Shown here: piece after piece, positions 35,291-45,624 of the stretch
Position numbering within the stretch: position 1 is the stretch's first letter
How the letters are laid out: the number at the start of each line of letters is the position of its first letter
Virus record (IMG/VR): IMGVR_UViG_3300025141_015556
Source of the DNA: a virus
Strand: one strand, 5' to 3'
DNA length: 64,000 bases
Position numbers and translations under genes: made by a program
Notes under the pieces: model-generated
Told to the model about the DNA's origin: nothing
Seen by the model: the letters and a program-made list of their open reading frames with translations, nothing else
The model's database searches: none

Positions 35291-36067
35291 TTACAGGGCG
35301 CCCAGCTCTGCGAACGCAGCATCAACAGCGTTCGTCTCTTCACTAGCGTTGCTTTCGTTATACTTCTTAGTCTCCGAAGAAACCGTTTCCGGATCTTCAA
35401 CACCACCATTAACAAAGGCGTCCAACATGGCGCTTACGTCATTAAATGTCTTGCGCTCAAAAAGAGTATCAAAATCGGGGATAGACTCAAGCAGTTCTGT
35501 GCACTTTTCGGAGGTCATATCCTCGCATAGTTCAGAACTGCGCCGCCTCGGCGTAAGCTTCGTCTGCGGGAAGCTGGCGCCTGGAGGCTTGCCATACACC
35601 ATCGTCAAATCGGTACCGGTTTCGGGATCGGTAATGTCTCCATACTCGGGGTTCAAAACAAGAGTAAGAAGGTTCTCATACGCAGTCTTACCATAGCCCC
35701 AGATACGGACTCCCTTATCTTCCTCACCGCGAACCAACACGGGGGAGAAGAAGCGCGCTCGAACAAAAAGACTCTTGGCAAGCTTCTTACTTTCCTCATC
35801 GTTATTGTCAACGCCTTCGCGCCACAGCTGTGAAGCAAAGTCACATACGGGGCACTCTTCTCCAAAATTGCGCTTAGGACATAAAAATCCTGGATTCGTT
35901 GCCAAATTATAATGGAACCACTTCTCCTTGAAAGGGTCCCCATCGGAAGTCGGAACAATTCGAATGCTCTGCTCCCCATCGTTGGGACGCCAGAAGGTGT
36001 CCCTATCGCCGCCTTCGCCGCGAACGTTAGCGAGCTTTGCTCGCATCTTTTCTACATTAATACCCAT
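35291..36067 (-). CDS. Single-stranded DNA-binding protein (T4 gp32-like)
   Basis: FWRP...IRIVP, HY...CP..NFGEECPVC, IWGYGK, DITDPETG, acidic C-terminus. Confidence 0.88.
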   Translation of the reverse strand: MGINVEKMRAKLANVRGEGGDRDTFWRPNDGEQSIRIVPTSDGDPFKEKWFHYNLATNPGFLCPKRNFGEECPVCDFASQLWREGVDNNDEESKKLAKSLFVRARFFSPVLVRGEEDKGVRIWGYGKTAYENLLTLVLNPEYGDITDPETGTDLTMVYGKPPGASFPQTKLTPRRRSSELCEDMTSEKCTELLESIPDFDTLFERKTFNDVSAMLDAFVNGGVEDPETVSSETKKYNESNASEETNAVDAAFAELGAL

Positions 36068-36098
36068 TTTGTTTTCCTTTCATCGGGTTAGAGTACGA

Positions 36099-36956
36099 TC
36101 AGCCAATATCCTGATCGTCTAAAATATCTATATATGATTGTACCACAGAAGAATGCTTAATGCAATAACAATATTTTTGTTCATAGTTGGTTTTATATAC
36201 ACCATAAGAAACATTAAGATTGTCTTCTACTTTGTCTTTGACAAAGCTTGTGATGTTCTTGAAAAGCTTCTCGTTTGTCTTCAACTCTTCCTCATTGATA
36301 CCATAATAGTATACCACATCACGTGGTAATTGCAAGTCAAAAAACCATTTTTCTTCGCCATTTTCTAGGTCCAAAACCCCCACGGTTGATATCCTAGAAA
36401 TTTCCGCAGGCTGAGTGAAGGTGCCCAAAACAGCCTCCGACCGATTAAATACAGTTATCATATGAAACGTGTTAACAATCGCCTGATTAATGGCATCATA
36501 ATATTCCATAATGGAAATATCACCAAGCACCTCTTGCATCTGTAAATTTGAAATCAAATAAATTCTTTCCACAAGTCCGGAGCGCGCATACTCTTGAAGA
36601 ACATTATAAACTATTCTCTCTTGCTTGGCTTCTAGTTCACTTAAAAGCTGTATATCGGGGCGCACATATAAAATGGAAGTCGGATTATGAGATAGCTCCT
36701 GTAATATTCTCAAGCAACACCCGGTTATCGCGCCGGCGCCGGCCAATATAAAAATGCTTTCTCCATGAATTTTCTTAAATTGCTTCGCGAAAGAGGGGTA
36801 GTTTTCTTCGTACTGTTGGTGTCCTTTCTGTTTTGGAATATTAAAACAGCCGGGCCCCTTGATTCCGGTATCTATTTTATAAATACTATATTGTGGAAAT
36901 TTAGAAAAACAATTTGCAATTGCGCAGCCGGCGCTCCCAAGACCTATTATATTCAT
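36099..36956 (-). CDS. Tubulin/FtsZ-family protein
   Basis: IIGLGSAGCAIA (T1 loop), IDT, AGAGAITG (degenerate T4 signature), VRPD, LISN, YYDAIN. Confidence 0.75.
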   Translation of the reverse strand: MNIIGLGSAGCAIANCFSKFPQYSIYKIDTGIKGPGCFNIPKQKGHQQYEENYPSFAKQFKKIHGESIFILAGAGAITGCCLRILQELSHNPTSILYVRPDIQLLSELEAKQERIVYNVLQEYARSGLVERIYLISNLQMQEVLGDISIMEYYDAINQAIVNTFHMITVFNRSEAVLGTFTQPAEISRISTVGVLDLENGEEKWFFDLQLPRDVVYYYGINEEELKTNEKLFKNITSFVKDKVEDNLNVSYGVYKTNYEQKYCYCIKHSSVVQSYIDILDDQDIG

Positions 36957-36989
36957 TCCCCTGCCCAATCAAAAATATTGCAATGTTTT

Positions 36990-38183
36990 TTAGCCATTGT
37001 AATTTAACCTTTTCATCTCGCCAAAGGTTTTGCCCACGGATATATTTACTTTATATTTACCAAATTTAGTTTCACTAAAGCTTTTCATAAGATCTGGAAT
37101 AAGGTATCTATCTTCATCTTTTAAATCGATAACAATCGAATCGTGAAGCATGAATGCGATATTGCTCTTTTGTTCTTTAAGTTTATCATTGATCTGAACC
37201 GCCTTTGCTAATACCAGATCGCTCGTTGTGCTTTGTATAATATAATTCAAGGCGTGGTGATTGTCAACATTTTTTATTTCTCTTTTGAACTCTGTTACAA
37301 TGTCGTGGCCATCCCAATATTTTTCAAGAACCAGCTCTTTGTTATAAAATCTTTGGGCGCGCTTGTTCGCCCTCTTTGAATATAGCCATGCAAATATTTT
37401 CTTCTTGGCCTCTTCTCGTGTCAAATTTCCATCATAAATATTTTTAATATTCCATTCATGAATGTCTTGCTCTGGCTGTGATTCCCCAGAGAGGGCCAAC
37501 AGGGTCCGGACTTCGGCCGCATTGTAATCTAGTTCCAAAAACCAATCATTTTGTGGAAAAATACATCCTCGAAATTCCTTGTTTAACGTCAATATGGGGA
37601 AGGTGTTGGGCACCCCGGCCAGACGGCCGGTAATGGTGCCCCACGGATTATAGTCACAAATCTTTTTAATTTTTTGAATACGGCCAGCAAAATTTTTACC
37701 CTGTAAAGAGCCCAATTTATGTTTTATCGCACTTAAATTGATTCTCAATGGTTGTTGTCTTATGTCACCAATCAGTTTTAGGACATCGGTCATATCATCA
37801 TGATTTTGAGGCCTAGGATAAGTTTCAAAAACATGCTTGGTGATTTCATTTTTAAGATCATAAAATTCGAAAAGGAATGGTTCTGGTAGGATCTCATAAA
37901 GGCACAGCTCTTCTAAATTTAACTTGGACAATATAAATGATTTTCTAAATGCTTCAAATTTTGTTTTAATTCTCTCCCACATAGACTTATATTGCGGAGG
38001 GCACACCTCAGTTAAATTTTTGCCATTACAATATACACGCCCAAATTCAATTTGGTAATTTTTCAAACTCGTGCTGTAATCCCATGTTTTTGTTAATGAC
38101 GCATCAGGTAGATAGTAATAAAAATTTCCCTCAGCATAATATCCAATACATTGATTTTTGTTATCTAATGGTTGAAAAAACAA
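36990..38183 (-). CDS. Compact family-A DNA polymerase domain protein
   Basis: TITGRL, LELDYNAAEVR (motif A), REEAKKKIFAWLY (motif B), MLHDSIVID (motif C); no clear exonuclease domain. Confidence 0.8.
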   Translation of the reverse strand: MFFQPLDNKNQCIGYYAEGNFYYYLPDASLTKTWDYSTSLKNYQIEFGRVYCNGKNLTEVCPPQYKSMWERIKTKFEAFRKSFILSKLNLEELCLYEILPEPFLFEFYDLKNEITKHVFETYPRPQNHDDMTDVLKLIGDIRQQPLRINLSAIKHKLGSLQGKNFAGRIQKIKKICDYNPWGTITGRLAGVPNTFPILTLNKEFRGCIFPQNDWFLELDYNAAEVRTLLALSGESQPEQDIHEWNIKNIYDGNLTREEAKKKIFAWLYSKRANKRAQRFYNKELVLEKYWDGHDIVTEFKREIKNVDNHHALNYIIQSTTSDLVLAKAVQINDKLKEQKSNIAFMLHDSIVIDLKDEDRYLIPDLMKSFSETKFGKYKVNISVGKTFGEMKRLNYNG

Positions 38184-38192
38184 ATGTCCTCC

Positions 38193-39515
38193 CTAATCGA
38201 ACTCAGTAAGCCTTTCTACTAATGACCTATGTGTTATTCTACCATCTTTATGTTTCCATTTCAAGGGTTTTATATTTTTTGATGTCATCAAAAAGCTGCG
38301 CGGATAAACGTATCTTTTATAAATAGAATTAATATAAATTATAGCATTTTCAAGCCCACTTGAGAATTTAATTGGCTTTATATCATAAACATCACGAGCA
38401 ATACGTACCATATATTCTTTGTTGAGGTGTGTGTTCCCCTGCTCTATGGTTCGTAAATCAATATAAAAGTTTATCCAATCGAAATCTAGCATTTTTATTG
38501 ACAGCGTATGTAATGACGCATCCGGGAATCTTTGAATGGGTTCGGATATTGCTGTTTTATTTGGACATCGAGCGTCTGCGATCTTTTCTTCTTGATAAAA
38601 AGGATTCAAGTCAATGTATTTATTATAAAAATTAACAAACATCTCCTTCAAATTAGCAATGTCGTAAAGGCAACTAGGATTATAATAGTGAGAAAAGAAA
38701 TTTCTTTTTGTGATCGAATTTCCCCCGAGGTTGGTATAGCGACCTACATAAGCAAGCATCGCTGGAGAAAAAAGATCTGCGGTTAAAATCCATGGGGCGT
38801 TTTTATTTACTATAAACCCAAATTTTTTGGCCGCGGCTCGATAAAAAGCAAAATTTGGATCACTTACAAAATGGCGAAATTTTTCCTTATCATTTCCACA
38901 ATCATAATTTCCTATTTTAATGGTGATCCCTGAGATCTGTGGATTCACGGTGCCCGTAAGGAGAAAATTTGTTATTGTAATGGGCAATATTCTTGCAGAA
39001 TCTTTCAAGAACTGTTTAAAAACAGGAACAAATGTCTCAAAATTTTTAATTTTGTTATTGTGCACCGGCATATAGTATCTCAGCATGCCTTCATATATAC
39101 CTTCTATGTACGTGCCGTATGATTTTTCCGGACACACCCATCCCTCCGAGGCCATCAGAAATCTTAGATCTTCATTACTGCCAGGAGCCAACAATCCATT
39201 AGTAGTGGCAGTTTTCATATGCCTTGCGAAAGCTTCAAATGACTCAACTACAAAATCGGCTGCGTATACTCTTTTCTTTTTTGCGCTTATGACCGGTCGC
39301 AAACGTTTAGCGTTGAACATAATGGTGTTTTGTGCATTGTCTACGCGACCATAAAGTGACTTGCCGTACCACGTGTCCAAATCAGTAGGATAGTCGTCGG
39401 GATAAACGGCATCACTGTACAAAGAACGTTGATAAAAAAGAGCTAGGGGGCTTAAATCATTAGTCCCTAGAGGATTTATCTCATCATTAATTGAATAATC
39501 GAATATAGCTACCAT
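38193..39515 (-). CDS. Conserved hypothetical protein
   Basis: Long ORF; start re-assigned to MVAIFDY after GGAG. Confidence 0.75.
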   Translation of the reverse strand: MVAIFDYSINDEINPLGTNDLSPLALFYQRSLYSDAVYPDDYPTDLDTWYGKSLYGRVDNAQNTIMFNAKRLRPVISAKKKRVYAADFVVESFEAFARHMKTATTNGLLAPGSNEDLRFLMASEGWVCPEKSYGTYIEGIYEGMLRYYMPVHNNKIKNFETFVPVFKQFLKDSARILPITITNFLLTGTVNPQISGITIKIGNYDCGNDKEKFRHFVSDPNFAFYRAAAKKFGFIVNKNAPWILTADLFSPAMLAYVGRYTNLGGNSITKRNFFSHYYNPSCLYDIANLKEMFVNFYNKYIDLNPFYQEEKIADARCPNKTAISEPIQRFPDASLHTLSIKMLDFDWINFYIDLRTIEQGNTHLNKEYMVRIARDVYDIKPIKFSSGLENAIIYINSIYKRYVYPRSFLMTSKNIKPLKWKHKDGRITHRSLVERLTEFD

Positions 39516-39531
39516 TTTAATACTCTCCGTT

Positions 39532-42500
39532 TCATTCAGTACCGGGGCCCCCATCGCGAATGCGGTACGCTTCGGCGTGGTCGCCGGCGGCGAGGAGGTC
39601 GAGGACGCGGCCCCTCCACTGCGCATTGGTCTCCCTATAGAAGGGGCTGTGTTGTGGTCGATCGACAAACTCTGGGCCGGTCCTCAACGGGTCCCAAGGA
39701 TCATTAGGATTATATGCGTCTGTGGTGGCGCCACTCTGATCTCCGCGGCCGCCGCCGCCGAACTCCAATAGATCGGTGGTGAAGCCCCCTGCTGCATTGA
39801 CGAAAGAGCCCGGGCGATCGGTCTGCCCACCAGAAAAAGGGTCATAAAACCCTGATATTTCACCAGTAGTTTGCGATGGATCTCGGGCTCTACCGTATTG
39901 CTCTAAGAGTCGATCATAAATAAACCACTCTCCGTTCGCGGCCTCTATGGGCACAAATCGCTCTTCATCGCGGGTGAAGTCCGGCAGGTCCGTGGCCATG
40001 GTATACCCCTCTTCTCTTTCTCGAGAAAGAGAAACTTCTCTTTCTCTTTGTTTCTCTTCTTGTTGTTTCCTCTCCCTTTCTTTTTCTCTCTCCTTGTATC
40101 TTTTTATCTCTTCTTTGGTTGGTGGCGGTTTTTTAGTAGGCGCTTTCTTCTTCTTCTTCTTCTCTTTCTTTTTCTCCTCTTGCTTCTTCTTGGTCTTGGT
40201 CGGTTCTTGCTCTTCGATCTGTTCTTCTTCTCGATCGTCCCCGGTTTCCTCTTGTGCGGTCGTTTGTGCATCGGGCTTGCGCATTGCTTCGTGGAGCGCC
40301 TCGGCTGTAACGCTAAAACCATTCTCATCAATCCTATGAGTTACGCCAGTAACCAGAAAATAACCACCTAGGCCCAACATCCTTGCAAGATTGGGAAAGC
40401 CGCGGCTTTGAGGCGAACCAAGCCCCATCAAAGAGGGGTTGATAAAGATGTATTGACCATTTTTCAAAAGCGTGTTTCCAACCATATTTAATGTGGCTCC
40501 ATAGTATTCTCTTAATTGAGCGGGCCCCAAAGTTCCTTGCCTTTGAATTTTTGCCTCACGAAGATATGGCTGATCTTGTCTATTAAATGTGATCTTTTTA
40601 ACAAGGCCTGACGAAGCGCCCAAATAAAAATGATAAATTCCCTGAGCTAAATCGTCGGCGGGATTATCTAAACCGGGCGCTTGTGGTAACGAGTCTGTAG
40701 AATAAACAAATAGAGAAGGCACTCCAGAGGGGGCTCGTCGGAATCCCGATGTCCGCCCCTTGGACTGCACGTGCCGCAAGTTTTCGCCCAGTCGATACTC
40801 CCCCTTCGCGATGGCTCGGCGGGCTCGGGTTAACGTCGTGGTCTTTCCTCGAAATTTATGGCCATCCAGGACGACAAACTCATTAACGGCAAATCTAGTT
40901 GGTACATACGGAATGCCGGGAAAACAGCCAGGCCCCAGAGCCTGTGAAACTAAACCAGCTAAAATGTCTTTTACAAAAAAATCTAAATAATATTTTACTC
41001 TATCCTTTTTAATAACATTTTGCAAAAACCATTCATTAAAAGCATTTAAAGAAATGGGGATATGACTTATAAGCATTTGTTCAACGATTCCAAGTCGTCC
41101 TAAATTGCTTAATGGTTCTAGTTTCGAAACTATTCTGGAAACATCTATCTTTCGCAGGCCTTCGCAGTCAGCCTTCCTATGAATATTTTTTACACTATAC
41201 GCCACCAACGGGTCAACCAACTCAAGAGTTCCCAAAAAAATAGAAAAAACGCCGGCATGCAACTGCTTCTTAAGATGGGGCTGCTCCAATACTGAGGATA
41301 TAAGATCCCCCAAATACATATAATGGATGTCAACTACATCTTCTGGAGTTGCGCTTTGTATGGTGTTAATAGATTGTCCCAACTGATCCTTCGTTTTGCT
41401 ATCAATCGGCCCAGTAACATTTTCTAAAGCCAAATAGAGCGGATTTGTTTGTTGATTTAACCCAGTTCGACCGCCAGGATTAATTGTATAGCCGGTCGCA
41501 CCTCCAGCAGCAAGCCCCTGACGTTTTTTGGCTCGTTCCTCACGTCCCTTCGGACTTAAATCTTTCCACGGGGTCAGCAACAATTCGCTCATTGGCACTC
41601 TGACGGTGTTAACAAGGCCGCTTTTAAAGAGATTACCCAAAAGGCGCCGATACCTGACAATTTTATCCTCAGACTCTGCGCTTTCTCGGTCATTTAACAA
41701 TTTTTCATACTTTGCCTCTTGGCGAGCGCTCAGCTTTTTTTTCTCATCCATGCTTATGGCTCGCAGCTGAGACAGCTCAGAGTTTGGATCCGAAAAAGGA
41801 TTTTCAATTGCCGCCTTATTGGCAAGCAAATCGGCGCGTTGAGATCTCATAATGCCGGAGAGCGCTCCTTGATAATTAACCACAAGGGTAACCGATCCGT
41901 CATCATTAATATCAATTTCGTGGCGCGCCAGTTGTAAAAAGAGTGTTGTCCTCTGATTGATCAACGCAAGATTTAACTGTTTAACTTGGGCCGAGGTCAG
42001 ATCGCCTATGGCCCTCATGGCTTCTTCATCGGGAATGGCCCATCCAACAACCGCTTTAATTCTGTAATAAACTCCGTCATATATTTTTCTGGGGTTGTCG
42101 AAACATGCGAACGCCTTCTCGCCGATATCACCAATCTTTGGATCTACTATATTTGGAATGGTCTCTGGCGCCATAATTAAATCCAAAAATGCTGGATTCG
42201 CCAGGCCGGCTTGCCAATCTTTTAGTTTTCCTCCGGCTATTTGTTCCATCGTGGGCCTAAAAAGATCATACATGCTTTGAAAGTGTACGGTCAAAGTGGC
42301 TACTATATTATTATCGACCTCGGCAGGCTGCACTCCTTGGAGCGTCCACTCGAAACTTTTCAGGCCGGCGCCGGCTTGGCGCCCTATCTTTCCATCCAAC
42401 ATCTCTTTTATATCATCAGGCTCAGTATGGCTTTTAAATGGAAGAGCGGTTTGACCTTTGGGTAATAGCGGATCCTCTTTATCGTATATTACTCGATAAA

Positions 42501-44229
42501 GTCTTATGTACGGCACGAGAAGAGCATGTTGTGCTGGCGTTAAATTTAATATTGCCTCTGTTGATGTATTATTTGTTTTTGGATCTCCATGTTGCAATTG
42601 GGAAACTATATTACCGGGAGGAGCACTTAAATTAGCGATGTTTGGATATCGTCGAGCTTTTGCTGCAGCTGTAATGCTTCGTATGTTCTCGATCAAAAAA
42701 CACTGCTGGTCCCACACCGTAACTGCCTTCGGAATCTCCTCGACTGGCTCGGGGTCGATCACTACCTCGCCTCGGGTTTCGCCAAAGCCCTCGCGAGCCG
42801 CCCGATTCTGTTGCTGTTCCTCAAGCATGGCCTGCATATCCTCGGCGATCTCGAGAATCCCAATATGCTTATATACTCTTATTAATGCTTTAAATACTTC
42901 ATGGAACTGATCATTAAATGTAGCAGATTTATATATATCCGAGTCGCCGATGAGGGACGTGAAGGACCAAAAAGAGTCCCAATTGGTTTCTACCTTGTCC
43001 ATCCAGCCTGCAAGCTCATCGTCCTTGGTGATGATTGCGACACCGTTTTCGTCCCTCCACCCGGCCGTCTGAAGCGCAAAGTCGCGGTCTATAAATGTGT
43101 GGCTTGACGTGGTGCGTGCTTCTTGCACCCCAGCGGCGAACTCGCGCGTGGGCATCTCCTCGACGTTGGTTCTCCCCGGTTTGAAGAAATCGACCGTGTG
43201 CGCGAAGCTATACTTACCGTCTAAAAAGGCGCGAAGACGGTACATGGCCAGATCCCACGATGCGCGCGCCGATATATCTCCTGCGGCGCCGTTCCATAAT
43301 AGACGCTCGGAAACCTCGCCGGCGGCGCCACCGTATGCTAGATTTAAAATTACAGGAAATGGTATGCCCGTGTTCGGCCTTCGGGACGCGGCCTGGATTT
43401 CCTCAACAACGCGGTAGAAGGTTGGGTCGGCGGTGGCGAGGTAGCTAAGTCCCTTCCACTCCTCGTACTCGGCGGTCTGGGCGACGGATGGCTGGGGGCC
43501 CGGGCGCACTGCACTGAGGCGGTCCCAATAGCCCTCTTGGGGAAAAAAAACATTAGCAAACAAATTACTTTTGAGGGCCCGGGCATATTTCATATCACAC
43601 CAGCCAACGATATGCATGTTATCGCCCTGGAAGGACGCCGAGGCGCCTCCCGTGGAGCTATCCGCACCGTTGGCCATGTTCCATGGCCACCAAACTTCCT
43701 CGGCTGCATCATTTACATCTCGGGTGCCGAAAACAAATCCTAGATTTGGCTCGACAAAGCGATTGAATATGGCTAAAAGTTCAGGCAACAACAAAACCTC
43801 ACCTTCCATATCAACGTTCTCCATATTATTGCCTGGGAGCGGCATGTCCAAAATATTCATCGAAAGATAAGCATCCGTGTGGAGACCATATCTCGTGGGG
43901 GCCCCAAACGGGTATCCATAAATATTATAGTCCAAGTATTCTTGAGTCGCTATAGCGGTCGGGCTGCCCAAAATCCGTGACGCTATTGAAGACGGGGCAA
44001 AGTTGTATGTTACCGCGGAATTGCCGTCAGCACCGACCTTTGGATAAAATGCGTTCTTGTATGCGACTTCTGGTCGCAGCGGCTCCGCTGCAACCGGCGC
44101 TGCTGTGCCAACTGAAGCGTCGTATACGGCGTTTATGAAGCCATTTTCTTTTAACCAGTTATAACCAGCCATCCAAAATCTTTGAAAATTTAGCTTAACA
44201 TTTTGGACATTATCTGTTTGAACGGTCAT
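39532..44229 (-). CDS. Large baseplate hub-like structural protein
   Basis: Located after LysM and tube-initiator genes; C-terminal hub-like strands (GLVKKITF...LNMVGN...GGYFLVTGVTHRI). Confidence 0.65.
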   Translation of the reverse strand: MTVQTDNVQNVKLNFQRFWMAGYNWLKENGFINAVYDASVGTAAPVAAEPLRPEVAYKNAFYPKVGADGNSAVTYNFAPSSIASRILGSPTAIATQEYLDYNIYGYPFGAPTRYGLHTDAYLSMNILDMPLPGNNMENVDMEGEVLLLPELLAIFNRFVEPNLGFVFGTRDVNDAAEEVWWPWNMANGADSSTGGASASFQGDNMHIVGWCDMKYARALKSNLFANVFFPQEGYWDRLSAVRPGPQPSVAQTAEYEEWKGLSYLATADPTFYRVVEEIQAASRRPNTGIPFPVILNLAYGGAAGEVSERLLWNGAAGDISARASWDLAMYRLRAFLDGKYSFAHTVDFFKPGRTNVEEMPTREFAAGVQEARTTSSHTFIDRDFALQTAGWRDENGVAIITKDDELAGWMDKVETNWDSFWSFTSLIGDSDIYKSATFNDQFHEVFKALIRVYKHIGILEIAEDMQAMLEEQQQNRAAREGFGETRGEVVIDPEPVEEIPKAVTVWDQQCFLIENIRSITAAAKARRYPNIANLSAPPGNIVSQLQHGDPKTNNTSTEAILNLTPAQHALLVPYIRLYRVIYDKEDPLLPKGQTALPFKSHTEPDDIKEMLDGKIGRQAGAGLKSFEWTLQGVQPAEVDNNIVATLTVHFQSMYDLFRPTMEQIAGGKLKDWQAGLANPAFLDLIMAPETIPNIVDPKIGDIGEKAFACFDNPRKIYDGVYYRIKAVVGWAIPDEEAMRAIGDLTSAQVKQLNLALINQRTTLFLQLARHEIDINDDGSVTLVVNYQGALSGIMRSQRADLLANKAAIENPFSDPNSELSQLRAISMDEKKKLSARQEAKYEKLLNDRESAESEDKIVRYRRLLGNLFKSGLVNTVRVPMSELLLTPWKDLSPKGREERAKKRQGLAAGGATGYTINPGGRTGLNQQTNPLYLALENVTGPIDSKTKDQLGQSINTIQSATPEDVVDIHYMYLGDLISSVLEQPHLKKQLHAGVFSIFLGTLELVDPLVAYSVKNIHRKADCEGLRKIDVSRIVSKLEPLSNLGRLGIVEQMLISHIPISLNAFNEWFLQNVIKKDRVKYYLDFFVKDILAGLVSQALGPGCFPGIPYVPTRFAVNEFVVLDGHKFRGKTTTLTRARRAIAKGEYRLGENLRHVQSKGRTSGFRRAPSGVPSLFVYSTDSLPQAPGLDNPADDLAQGIYHFYLGASSGLVKKITFNRQDQPYLREAKIQRQGTLGPAQLREYYGATLNMVGNTLLKNGQYIFINPSLMGLGSPQSRGFPNLARMLGLGGYFLVTGVTHRIDENGFSVTAEALHEAMRKPDAQTTAQEETGDDREEEQIEEQEPTKTKKKQEEKKKEKKKKKKAPTKKPPPTKEEIKRYKEREKERERKQQEEKQREREVSLSREREEGYTMATDLPDFTRDEERFVPIEAANGEWFIYDRLLEQYGRARDPSQTTGEISGFYDPFSGGQTDRPGSFVNAAGGFTTDLLEFGGGGRGDQSGATTDAYNPNDPWDPLRTGPEFVDRPQHSPFYRETNAQWRGRVLDLLAAGDHAEAYRIRDGGPGTE

Positions 44230-44248
44230 GTTTTTATCTCACCGGTGA

Positions 44249-44587
44249 TTAAACCCCATAATACTCGAAGGCGCGCTCTAGTGGAAGAGGAATATATACA
44301 AGATCGCCAGTTTTTAAATGTGATTCGGTGGGAGCCTGATTGTACCAGGCTATCACCCACCAATATTTAACGTCTCCATAGTACTCATGTGCTAATTTAT
44401 AAAATCTATCTCCGGTTGACCAAATCCTCTCTGCGGGGATCAAATTTAAAGTCTCTTCGGATGTTGGACTGCTTAATATCTGAGTGGGATATTGTCTTAT
44501 AAAGTTCACGGCGCGCTTTTTAAAAAACTCTTTGTAATGAGAACTTTGGTTTCTCACTATGCCGGAATTATCGTATCTTGAAGTCAT
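44249..44587 (-). CDS. LysM-like baseplate protein (tail X / gp53-like)
   Basis: GDRFYKLAHEYYGDVKYWWVIAWYN...GDLVYIP. Confidence 0.8.
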   Translation of the reverse strand: MTSRYDNSGIVRNQSSHYKEFFKKRAVNFIRQYPTQILSSPTSEETLNLIPAERIWSTGDRFYKLAHEYYGDVKYWWVIAWYNQAPTESHLKTGDLVYIPLPLERAFEYYGV

Positions 44588-44613
44588 AATAGTTATTCCA
44601 TAATTTTAGATTG

Positions 44614-45606
44614 TTATTCGCCCCATAGATTTGAAAAAGCTGACGGGTTTGTGCGGTACTGTTCGAGGGCGTCCTTTCTTGCTCTATGCCACGCGGGCCC
44701 TCGGCGTGGTGGCCGGCCGCCTTGTGCGGTGAAGTCCCTGTTGACGTTCTGCAGCACCAATTTTTCCTGAGCTTGAGTTTCCAAAAGTTGACGTTTTTGC
44801 TGTTCCAGCTCTGAAACGTTAATTCCGGAGGCAGCTAGACCATAGCCGCTAAGAGCAGTGCGCTCTGGATCGGCGGCGAGGGCATGGTCGGTCACACCCG
44901 GTTCGTGCGCGGGGTGAGAGGAACCATCCCATCCGGGCAACGCGGTGTGGATTACCTTAAGATTAAAATTTATTCTCAATAATTGCGGGAACATCTCACC
45001 GTCTTGTAAAAAAAATCCCGAAGCGAAGTCTGGTTGATATGAAAATCCATCGATGTATCCCAGATGGCCGCCCCGGGCGCCCCTGCCGCGGCCCTTGACT
45101 AAGTTTGCCCACCTAACTTTTATGAGCGGTGCTGCTTTCAACGTATTTGAATCACTAAAGCCGCCTTCATTGTAAGTGGGATATAAATATCCCATAAGCT
45201 CGTCAACGTACCCCGTGTTGGCCATGGCTTGGAAAAGGTTGGAAGCTACTATATCAAAAGACATAGAAATCGTTCTTTGTGTGCGCTGAAAAGTTACAAG
45301 GGGGTCCATGCGCCCATAAACCGTTTCCTCCTTCCAAGTAGAACTAAGACTATCGACAAAACTTGTGACCCAGCCAGGAAAACTGACTACGTTCGGGTAC
45401 GTGACACCCTGCGCGCCGGCAATGACGTCATTCTGGCTGCCGGCGGCGATGTATTTAAACGATATTTGCCATAGAGGGTTGTTTGGATCTGCAATAAGAT
45501 TTGGATTGCCACCGCCCTTAGCAGCTTTTTTCAGGTCTTCCTCGCGCCTCTTTTTAATGTTTGCTGCAGCCTGCGAGGGAGATATCGGTTTTGGTGGTAT
45601 GGCCAT
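44614..45606 (-). CDS. Baseplate / tail-tube initiator-like protein
   Basis: W..ETVYGRMDP...FQRTQRTISMSF...YP.Y...APLIKV; synteny. Confidence 0.65.
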   Translation of the reverse strand: MAIPPKPISPSQAAANIKKRREEDLKKAAKGGGNPNLIADPNNPLWQISFKYIAAGSQNDVIAGAQGVTYPNVVSFPGWVTSFVDSLSSTWKEETVYGRMDPLVTFQRTQRTISMSFDIVASNLFQAMANTGYVDELMGYLYPTYNEGGFSDSNTLKAAPLIKVRWANLVKGRGRGARGGHLGYIDGFSYQPDFASGFFLQDGEMFPQLLRINFNLKVIHTALPGWDGSSHPAHEPGVTDHALAADPERTALSGYGLAASGINVSELEQQKRQLLETQAQEKLVLQNVNRDFTAQGGRPPRRGPAWHRARKDALEQYRTNPSAFSNLWGE

Positions 45607-45624
45607 TTTTTAATTATCCCTGGT

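Noticed and set aside
36099-36956. Phage-nucleus (chimallin) system implied by the tubulin
   Set aside because: No chimallin or multisubunit phage RNA polymerase is recognisable here and the virion genes are T4-like; this cannot be supported from this window.
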